Part shown: positions 17,502-24,961 of the stretch, piece after piece
How positions within the stretch are numbered: the first letter of the stretch is position 1
Layout of the letters: every line of letters begins with the position of its first letter
From: a virus
Lineage: Duplodnaviria; Caudoviricetes
Virus record (IMG/VR): IMGVR_UViG_3300037045_000024
Coordinates: 1-26,599 of that record
Strand: one strand, 5' to 3'
DNA: 26,599 bases
Notes under the pieces: generated by a model
Told to the model about the DNA's origin: nothing
Database searches by the model: none
What the model saw: the letters and a program-made list of their open reading frames with translations, nothing else
Translations under genes and position numbers: made by a program

Positions 17502-18203
17502 ATGACAATGGGATTAAATCCAACTATAGACCAGTATTTATTATCTACATGCTTATTTATAATTGATGAGTTTAATGAAATGTATAAGTCTGTTGACAAT
17601 AAAGAATTAAAAAGAATTGCTGATGAAGAGTATAATGAAATGGATATATGTGTTAGGATAGGATATCCGTTTAGAAATATGGTACATTATACTGTTGGAG
17701 ATGGTAAGGGTAGGAAAAACAAAGATGAAAATAACGAAGACAATAAGAATAAAAGCAACCATGATTTATACATAAAGTCAAAAGATTTCAAAGTAGAGGT
17801 TAAATATTTAAAGAATTGGGATAGTAATAGTGGAACTAAATCTTCAAGTAAAAACTGGAAGGAATATCAACAAGATTTTGATTGGCTACGTAATGAAATT
17901 AAAGAAGGTAATAAAGGTAAATGTGCATTTGTTATAGGATGGTTCAATGGTGTTGAAAGATTTTCGCAATTTATGCAGTTAGGTGGAACTCCTGGTGGTA
18001 AACCAAAAGTTGATCCATACAAGATAGCATTCTTTCCATTTTTGAAAACATTAGGAGCAACTTACACTCAAGATTTACTCTATAACTATAGTAAAGCATA
18101 TAAGCCATTAGAAATTGATTTAGTAGAAAGTATAAATGATGAGTATAATTGTTTGTTCTTGGGGAATGAAAGTGATAAGTTCCATTTTGCTATATATTAT
18201 TAA
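17502..18203 (+). CDS. Putative PD-(D/E)XK nuclease (restriction-endonuclease-like fold)
   Basis: HDLYIKSKDFKVEVKYLK fits D...ExK; upstream helix Glu (YNEMD); AGGAGG SD. Confidence 0.6.
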   Translation: MTMGLNPTIDQYLLSTCLFIIDEFNEMYKSVDNKELKRIADEEYNEMDICVRIGYPFRNMVHYTVGDGKGRKNKDENNEDNKNKSNHDLYIKSKDFKVEVKYLKNWDSNSGTKSSSKNWKEYQQDFDWLRNEIKEGNKGKCAFVIGWFNGVERFSQFMQLGGTPGGKPKVDPYKIAFFPFLKTLGATYTQDLLYNYSKAYKPLEIDLVESINDEYNCLFLGNESDKFHFAIYY

Positions 18204-18213
18204 TAGAGTTATT

Positions 18214-18243
18214 AGGCTAGAAATTAATTTTTCTAGTTTTTTT
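18214..18243 (+). terminator. Terminator; degenerate fourth member of the ATTAATT-loop palindrome family
   Basis: AGGCTAGAAATTAATTTTTCTAGTTTTTTT. Confidence 0.65.
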
Positions 18244-18579
18244 ACTTATAAGGATACTATATTAAATTCAAATCTGTGGGAAACTTGTAAACCAATGTGA
18301 TATCAAAATATTCATAAATAAAAAGTAACAATCTATTATATATGAGATATAGTAACATTATCGAAGAAATAGATGATGCGCGAAAAAGTTATGTAAAGAT
18401 TAGCTTCTTGTAAAATGGAGCAAATTCTTTGTTATTTAAGTTTTACGGTATGAATTGGATAGATGAAGTATCTAAGGTAGTATTATTAGTATGCATAAAT
18501 TATTTTAGATATGATATAGTAAAAATATTAAGACTTAAATATTTTAGTTGATTGATTATTACCGAAGGAGGAATATAAT

Positions 18580-19347
18580 ATGATATTTAGAATTGCAGCT
18601 AGTACTAAGGTAGGTAAGAGAAAACCGTATGTGGGAAAAATAATGCTTACTGAGGAATATCAGGCAATGCAAATTTATACACCATTAAAGATAAGGATAT
18701 ATGATACAGAAGTAAAATATGAGAAAAATGGTTTTATTTCTATAGATGATAAGTATAAAGCCAATGAAGGTGACATAATAGAACTTGGAAATGTCTATAG
18801 TTACTGTATTAGTGGGGATAATGATATTAGCTGTAGCTACTTCGACCAGGATTATTCTAATTATAGAGGTTATTATAGTAATATATATGGAAATGATGAC
18901 GATATAGATGAAGTAGATGAAGATGATGAATTTGAAAGATGTCTATATATAGTCAAAAATGGAGAACTTGAAAAACTTGGCTATTCAGAGAATACAGACT
19001 TACTTCATAAAGTTGAAAAGTATCTTAGAGGAGAGTCTATTGAAATAAATGAAATCTCAACTAAAATAAAGAAATTTACATTATGTTTTGAAAATAAAAG
19101 TAACTTAGCTCCAACATTATTTGAGGTGGATGTAGTTGCTGATAACGTAGCTATATTAAGAGATATAGGTTCAATAAACCACACTGAACTTAAAAATTGC
19201 TTCAGTGATGAATTAATTGAGTTTGTAATAAAGAAGTTAAAAGAAAAAGGAAATAATTATGACATGAGACTAATCTTTGTAGGAACAGATAATATCGCAT
19301 ATGCGGAATATGTGAATAGGTTTGTTTATTTTACATTTTTGAATTAG
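18580..19347 (+). CDS. Hypothetical protein with central acidic patch
   Basis: 255-aa ORF, AAGGAGG SD, NDDDIDEVDEDDEFE; no family recognised. Confidence 0.75.
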   Translation: MIFRIAASTKVGKRKPYVGKIMLTEEYQAMQIYTPLKIRIYDTEVKYEKNGFISIDDKYKANEGDIIELGNVYSYCISGDNDISCSYFDQDYSNYRGYYSNIYGNDDDIDEVDEDDEFERCLYIVKNGELEKLGYSENTDLLHKVEKYLRGESIEINEISTKIKKFTLCFENKSNLAPTLFEVDVVADNVAILRDIGSINHTELKNCFSDELIEFVIKKLKEKGNNYDMRLIFVGTDNIAYAEYVNRFVYFTFLN

Positions 19348-19400
19348 ATTTTCAAGTTGTAATGGTTTTACTTACAGATATTAATTGAGGAAATAGAGTT

Positions 19401-19442
19401 AAAAATGTACTTAAAAATAATTATATTTTAAGTACATTTTTT
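19401..19442. terminator. Bidirectional terminator
   Basis: AAAAATGTACTTAAAA...TTTTAAGTACATTTTT, a 16-bp inverted repeat between convergent genes. Confidence 0.65.
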
Positions 19443-19590
19443 ATTTATATAAAAGGTCGAGGAATTATAATTATTGTAAATTGTTCGATTTTCGGATGTC
19501 GATTAAACCGACATTTGAAAATATACAAGTTTATCTTTCATTTTAAAAAAGCAAACAATGATAGAGATACAACAAATATTTTCTATGTCC

Positions 19591-19604
19591 TAGACTATAT
19601 CTTC
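19591..19604 (-). other. Group I intron S element (J8/7-P7') remnant
   Basis: Minus strand GAAGATATAGTCTA begins 4 nt after the homing endonuclease stop and matches the group I consensus AAGAUAUAGUC. Confidence 0.7.
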
Positions 19605-19607
19605 ATG

Positions 19608-20252
19608 CTACATATTAGATAACTCAAGGAAAGTGGCATATTTCCTTTCTAAGTGTATATTACTATCGGTATATAACCAATTAAGTATACCTCTAGCAGT
19701 TGAAAAATTATAGGTTACAATATAAACATTTTCTTTTCCTTTTTTGCTTATAGCATTTGTATTATGACTATAAGCAGTTTTTGTAGCTTCATTAAGATCT
19801 TTCAGGAAGCCTGGGTTTCCTAAAATTCTTAATCTAGGTCCTATGTAAACTTTCTCTCCTTTGTACCCCTTTGTGGTACCCATCGTGCCGTCACCATCTA
19901 CATATCCTCTTATAAAATCTTTAAGGTATTTTTTAGGTATTTCAGGAAAGCCTATTTCATCATGCTTTTTGTTAGATGTCATATCAAAAAACTCTTTAAA
20001 TTTTTTGATTTTTGACCTACAACTTATTTTTAAAGTATAGGATCTTGTTCTGGCTTTATAGTATATAGGCTTATCTGGAACAATTAAATCCCTAAACTTT
20101 TCTAATATCGCTAGGTCAGTTTCACTTAACCCTATCTCGATTTCGTTATTGCTTATATATCCATCTGCTGCAACAAAGCCTAAAAAATAATACAACTCTT
20201 CGCTATCCTTCTCAAAGAAATCCCAATTATGTTTATATCTATAAGTTCCCAT
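19608..20252 (-). CDS. Double-motif LAGLIDADG homing endonuclease
   Basis: YFLGFVAADGYI and DFIRGYVDGDGTM motifs, C-terminal LERK; GGAGG SD. Confidence 0.93.
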   Translation of the reverse strand: MGTYRYKHNWDFFEKDSEELYYFLGFVAADGYISNNEIEIGLSETDLAILEKFRDLIVPDKPIYYKARTRSYTLKISCRSKIKKFKEFFDMTSNKKHDEIGFPEIPKKYLKDFIRGYVDGDGTMGTTKGYKGEKVYIGPRLRILGNPGFLKDLNEATKTAYSHNTNAISKKGKENVYIVTYNFSTARGILNWLYTDSNIHLERKYATFLELSNM

Positions 20253-20272
20253 TTATACCTCCATATGTTTTG

Positions 20273-20392
20273 CTATACCACTATTATCACCTCAAATATG
20301 GATTTTAATTCACCTATTACTTGATTTGCGAATGAGACTACTAAATCTGCACCACTGAAACTTGTTAATGTGTTTATAGTTGGACTTGACAT
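20273..20392 (-). pseudogene. Truncated 5' exon of a foreign phage virion-protein gene
   Basis: 39-aa ORF MSSPTINTLTSFSGADLVVSFANQVIGEL|KSIFEVIIVV with AGGTG SD; SFSGAD...VIGEL recalls N-termini of virion structural proteins of large Bacillota myoviruses (recall, unverified). Confidence 0.5.
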
Positions 20393-20663
20393 GTGCCTTA
20401 CACCTACTTATAATAGTCAAATATTTAGTACAGCAATACTTATGTCATTTGCATCCATCATTAAAATCTGACAATACAAAAGTAGTCTTTATATGCTTAC
20501 AGTATTAGGATTAGGTGTTATAGTGATATTAGTATTATACTTAAGAAATGTGAAGAAAGTAAGAATCAAGAAATCGAAAATTTAAATGATGAGATAAGAG
20601 AAGAAATAATAACCTTACAAATAGAAGAATCTGTATATAAGCAACTATTACTTGAACAACACA

Positions 20664-20693
20664 AAATAGTACTCTAGAAATAGAGTACTATTT
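20664..20693. terminator. Hairpin/terminator
   Basis: AAATAGTACTCTA-gaaa-TAGAGTACTATTT, a perfect 13-bp stem. Confidence 0.7.
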
Positions 20694-20792
20694 ATTTTCT
20701 AAACTTTTAAATTGTACAAGCAACTTTTCATGAATTATTACATAATATTAATTAAGAACACATTAAAGTTAATGAAAAGGTGGTGAAACTTA

Positions 20793-20957
20793 ATGAGTCA
20801 AACTAAAAAAGGCAATAGATTCCAGATATCATTTAAGGAAAATATTCAAGAACTAGAATTGATGGATTACATGTTAAAACAAGCTGAAATAATGGGAATC
20901 TCGACCTACATCAAAATGTTGATTAAAAAAGATTTGGAGCAGCAGAATAAAGAATAA
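20793..20957 (+). CDS. Small ribbon-helix-helix-like DNA-binding protein
   Basis: 54 aa MSQTKKGNRFQISFKENIQELELMDYMLKQAEIMGISTYIKMLIKKDLEQQNKE (beta strand RFQISF, S.YIK.LI helix); AAGGTGGTG SD. Not in the ORF track. Confidence 0.75.
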   Translation: MSQTKKGNRFQISFKENIQELELMDYMLKQAEIMGISTYIKMLIKKDLEQQNKE

Positions 20958-21075
20958 ATTAAAAGAGCCAAGGGAATGGTACTCCACAAGGCTCAACTCA
21001 GTGAATTAAAAAATTATAATTCGATAATATATTCTTCAAAAAACAAAAAAATCCTTTAAATCTATTTGATTTATA

Positions 21076-21150
21076 TTATTTAAAAAATACCTTTTGAACA
21101 ATATCAAGTATTGCAGCAGCACCGAACCAATAAACATAAGAAGGAATCAT
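21076..21150 (-). CDS. 24-aa hydrophobic micropeptide
   Basis: MIPSYVYWFGAAAILDIVQKVFFK with a strong GGAGGTG SD (21156-21162); divergent from the 21215 operon. Confidence 0.55.
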   Translation of the reverse strand: MIPSYVYWFGAAAILDIVQKVFFK

Positions 21151-21214
21151 TTAAACACCTCCAAGATGAAATTTATTATGAGATTATTTTAACCAAATTG
21201 GGAGGGTATTATTT

Positions 21215-21622
21215 ATGTTATTAAAAAAATATAAAGTTGAAAGCTATACATTTGTAGAATATAGAGAAATACAAGAAAAGGAACTAATGGATCAATTAAC
21301 TATTTTAGATAAGACTATAGCACATATAAAAAGAAATAAGGCTATGTATATTAAATTAGTATTACTGATAGCTATAACTATAGATAAAGGAACTTTAACA
21401 GCTTTTGCATCAGGTGGACTAGAGGCTAATTTAGCAAATAAATTTACATTAATAATAGAGAAACTTATATTCCTATCTAAATATGCGTGTATGGGGTTAG
21501 GTTTAAAAGATATGATTATATGCTTACTTAACGGTGGGAATATGAGAGAAGCATCTTTTGCTGGTATTCAGTTCTGGTTAGGTTATTTATTCTTAGAATT
21601 TTATCCAACATTATATAACTAG
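21215..21622 (+). CDS. Membrane protein, TrbC/VirB2 pilin-like architecture
   Basis: Hydrophobic leader ending TAFA|, then two hydrophobic helices separated by NGG.MRE; GGGAGG SD; first gene of the ATPase operon. Confidence 0.55.
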   Translation: MLLKKYKVESYTFVEYREIQEKELMDQLTILDKTIAHIKRNKAMYIKLVLLIAITIDKGTLTAFASGGLEANLANKFTLIIEKLIFLSKYACMGLGLKDMIICLLNGGNMREASFAGIQFWLGYLFLEFYPTLYN

Positions 21623-21633
21623 GAGGTAACAGT

Positions 21634-21885
21634 ATGAATCAATTTAATAATATAATATGGAACTTTAATCCACTTAAAGATTTTAGTCTTAAGAAGTGGC
21701 TAAAAGACCTTTTAACTGAATTACTACAAGATGCTATGGACTTATCCATGAATGTTTGTATAATAGCAGGATTAATAGGAATTATACTTTATCTGTTCGG
21801 ATGGAAGAAGTGCAAGAATGTACCTTTTATAACTTGGGCTATACATCTTATCATTCAAATTTTAGGAGGTGTTCTTCTTGGTTAA
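21634..21885 (+). CDS. Small two-TM membrane protein (VirB3-like position)
   Basis: 83 aa, two C-terminal hydrophobic helices around GWKK; AGGAGG SD; overlaps the ATPase start. Confidence 0.7.
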   Translation: MNQFNNIIWNFNPLKDFSLKKWLKDLLTELLQDAMDLSMNVCIIAGLIGIILYLFGWKKCKNVPFITWAIHLIIQILGGVLLG

Positions 21886-24160
21886 GAAGAAAGTTCAGTC
21901 AATAAAACTAAGTAAACTAATAGAAATTAAGAAAGAAGAATATGTTACACTCCAATTAATACCTACTAAAAGTAATAAAAATAATTCTACAGACAATATA
22001 GCATCTTTAATTAATAGAATGTTTATTAAGGCAGATAAGCTTATTAAGAAGGAAAATAAAAAACTTATAATCCAAACTTATATGAAAGCTAGTTACTATA
22101 TTCATATCACTAAAGAGGAAGTACAATTCTTTTTTATCATACCAAAGATTCATGTAATGAAATTCAGAACTAAATTCTCAGAGACTTGGAAAAACATAGA
22201 GATTAAAGAAGTTGATAGAATACCCGTAGATGTAAATACATGTAATAAATATCAGTTAACTTATACTCACAATGATATATTAAGCCTTAATATAGATAAG
22301 AGGAATAATGACCTTCTAAATGCTAATATGGCTATTATAGATATATTAGAGAATGAAGATATAGTAGGAATATTTTATAATTTTATACCAACTGGAGAAA
22401 GAGAGAACAATTATTTTAAGAAGGTTTATAAAGATAATATAACAAAATACGAAGAAGGATATAGTTTAAAGAAAACTAAAACAGCAATAGATATAGGATC
22501 ATCTGTTTTAAAGTTTTTAATAAGTTATGTTGATGATTTCATAGGAGACATACAGAAAGAAAAGTATAAGAAAAAATGCCTATTCATCAATGCTAGAAAA
22601 GATGTATCTACTAGCACTAAGAGAAAATCAAATAAGACTATTTGTAAAACTCAAACAATAGTTATATCTAAGAGTAAAGATGAAAAGAAAGAAAAAGAAC
22701 TAGGTATAAGTTTATGCAACAGCTTTAAGAGTATATCTGATGATAATGAATTTACTTATAAAGAAGTAAAAAAGGATATAGATATTATGAGACCTATAAT
22801 AAATAATGTTGCTATAAATAAGACTACAGTAGAGGAGTGTCAGAACTTTATATCTTTACCAGGTAGAGAACTTATAGAGCAACATAAGATGATACAACAC
22901 AATAAGATACTAGAAAGAAAAATACCTAAATCACTAGAAGATGGAGAGGTTAGAATAGGTACGGTTAAATGTAAAGAGAATAGCCAAGAGGCTTATTATA
23001 GTACAGACAAGCAAATATCAAGACTAGGTAGAATATTATTAGGCTCAATGGGAGCGGGTAAAGATTACTATATGATAAATATGTCTAAAGATATTATAGC
23101 AGCAGATAGAGGACTTATAGTTATAGATTATATAGATAAGTGTCAGTTATCAGATAGTATAAAGGCTATAACTCCACCTGATAAGTTATTGGAGATTGAT
23201 TGTTCTAATATTAAACAACTTCAAGCATTTGTATTTAATGAACACAAGATAGATAAAACCCTAGATGATTATTCTAAAATTGCTATAGCTATGCAAAAGT
23301 CTGAACAAATACAAATATTACTAGATGCAATAAATGATGATAATACTAAATTAACTCCTCGTATGCTAAGATACCTTTATGCAGCAGGTACAGTTGTATT
23401 TTATTTAAAAGAGAATGCTAGTTTTAAAGATGTAATAGATATACTAACTAATCCAAGCAAAAGAGAAGACTTAATAAGTCAATTAAATGATAAAGCACAG
23501 TCTATATTGACAGATGAAATAGATGATCTTAAAGATCTAACTAAGACTACTAAAACAGGTATAGAGAACTATGATTCCAAGATTGATGGTATTATAGATA
23601 GAGTATCTTGGTTAAAAACTAATATGTACACGAAGATAGCATATGCAAAAGATAGTTCTGAAAATATAAATTTTGTAGATGCTATTAACCAAAAGAAAGT
23701 TATATTAATAAAGATACCTGAAAAAACTTTCAATAGTAGAGTTATCAGAAACGTTATAGCTACGTTCTATTTATCAAAGATTTGGCTTAGTAAACAACTA
23801 GGAGCAACAGAAGTTAAAACAGAATTATTCATGAATGAAATACATCAAAGTTATAATTGTCAGTTGCTTATGGAAAACATATTAGTTGAATGTAGAAAGT
23901 TTAATCTTGTCCCAACTTTAGCTATGCATTATTTAAGTCAGTGTACTAATAAATGTAAAAATGCTATATTAGCAAGTGGATCTTCGTTCCTTCTTATAAG
24001 TGGATGTGATGTTAAAGCATTCAATGAACTAAAAGCACATTTTGAAAAAGATGGATATGAAGAAACAGATTTGGTTGAACTCGACCGATATAATGCTTTA
24101 TGCTTAATTAAAAATGAAGATAACAACTATGCTAGTTTTGTAGCTAAACTACCTGCTTAA
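21878..24160 (+). CDS. HerA/VirB4/TraD-like (FtsK-HerA superfamily) P-loop ATPase with non-canonical Walker motifs
   Basis: LLGSMGAGKD (Walker A), VIDY, LFMNEIHQ (Walker B), ECRKFNL (Arg finger), LAMHYLSQ. TTG at 21878 follows AGGAGG; the ORF track starts at 21869. Confidence 0.8.
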   Translation: MVKKKVQSIKLSKLIEIKKEEYVTLQLIPTKSNKNNSTDNIASLINRMFIKADKLIKKENKKLIIQTYMKASYYIHITKEEVQFFFIIPKIHVMKFRTKFSETWKNIEIKEVDRIPVDVNTCNKYQLTYTHNDILSLNIDKRNNDLLNANMAIIDILENEDIVGIFYNFIPTGERENNYFKKVYKDNITKYEEGYSLKKTKTAIDIGSSVLKFLISYVDDFIGDIQKEKYKKKCLFINARKDVSTSTKRKSNKTICKTQTIVISKSKDEKKEKELGISLCNSFKSISDDNEFTYKEVKKDIDIMRPIINNVAINKTTVEECQNFISLPGRELIEQHKMIQHNKILERKIPKSLEDGEVRIGTVKCKENSQEAYYSTDKQISRLGRILLGSMGAGKDYYMINMSKDIIAADRGLIVIDYIDKCQLSDSIKAITPPDKLLEIDCSNIKQLQAFVFNEHKIDKTLDDYSKIAIAMQKSEQIQILLDAINDDNTKLTPRMLRYLYAAGTVVFYLKENASFKDVIDILTNPSKREDLISQLNDKAQSILTDEIDDLKDLTKTTKTGIENYDSKIDGIIDRVSWLKTNMYTKIAYAKDSSENINFVDAINQKKVILIKIPEKTFNSRVIRNVIATFYLSKIWLSKQLGATEVKTELFMNEIHQSYNCQLLMENILVECRKFNLVPTLAMHYLSQCTNKCKNAILASGSSFLLISGCDVKAFNELKAHFEKDGYEETDLVELDRYNALCLIKNEDNNYASFVAKLPA

Positions 24161-24178
24161 AGTGTGGGTAGTTTTTTT
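24146..24178 (+). terminator. Intrinsic terminator of ATPase operon
   Basis: AAACTACCTGC...GTGGGTAGTTTTTTT. Confidence 0.7.
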
Positions 24179-24512
24179 ATGTAAATTTCATTAAGTTTAC
24201 ACATCTTATACATAAAAATATATCATGTTATAAAAACATAGAGGAGTCCCAAGTCACTCTTACCAATTCTGCTGGTCGTTCATTAAATCTTAAACAAGTT
24301 TAAGACCACTTCGTTTTCTATTCACTTGCATAATAGAGTGTATGCATCAATTTTCAAAATGTGCTTGTACTTCTTGTTCTATTTATCTATAAATTAATTT
24401 TTATAGAAATATTTAGTTTTATATCACATTAACAGTATTGTATTATTCTAAGATATTTCTTTTATGTACTTGTACATTTTAAATACTAATGATGTACCTA
24501 CTAACGATGTGC

Positions 24513-24671
24513 CTAATTATAACTTATTAATTTTTTCTTGATATTTTTAAATCCATCATCCATTTTAGTTTCTATTCTATCTAATTTATTATTAATTTCT
24601 TTCATGTCTTTCTGCATATCATTTAGAAATTTTTGTATATCTAGTAATGTTTTTGATATTTCATTATTCAT
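24513..24671 (-). CDS. Small coiled-coil protein
   Basis: 52 aa MNNEISKTLLDIQKFLNDMQKDMKEINNKLDRIETKMDDGFKNIKKKLISYN with heptad pattern; AAGGAGG SD. Not in the ORF track. Confidence 0.65.
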   Translation of the reverse strand: MNNEISKTLLDIQKFLNDMQKDMKEINNKLDRIETKMDDGFKNIKKKLISYN

Positions 24672-24805
24672 TTAAATTGCCTCCTTATAGTTTTATATGC
24701 TTATTGTATCACAATTTAGTGGTGGAGAAACTCCACATCTAGTAATTCCAACAATACAAATCTAACTGAAGGTCATGCAACCGAAGTACCTGCAAATGAA
24801 GACCC

Positions 24806-24913
24806 TTAAAAATCTAAGTTACCATGTTTAACCAATAAATACATCAATACAAAATCGAAAATCCATATAGTAACAACTATACATAACAATAAAATTCTTA
24901 TTTCATTTATCAA
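24806..24913 (-). CDS. 35-aa single-TM peptide
   Basis: MINEIRILLLCIVVTIWIFDFVLMYLLVKHGNLDF; TTG start; GAGGTG SD lies inside a hairpin (24918-24956). Confidence 0.45.
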   Translation of the reverse strand: MINEIRILLLCIVVTIWIFDFVLMYLLVKHGNLDF

Positions 24914-24961
24914 TATAATCACCTCTAGTGGCAATTATAACCAACTAGAAGTGATATATAC

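Noticed and set aside
13574-18243. CRISPR array or true integron
   Set aside because: Repeats are separated by whole genes rather than ~35-bp spacers; no cas or intI gene and no GTTRRRY attC core seen.
18342-18551. Possible gene MRYSNIIEEIDDARKSYVKISFL*NGANSLLFKFYGMNW...
   Set aside because: In-frame stop, no SD, no recognisable family; at most a decayed remnant.
20331-20340. AATGAGACTA as group I intron R element
   Set aside because: It is on the opposite strand from the S element and endonuclease, and lies within the exon-like ORF; a complete intron cannot be supported.
21634-21885. 83-aa two-TM protein as holin
   Set aside because: Translationally coupled to the ATPase and no endolysin nearby; context fits a VirB3-like role better.
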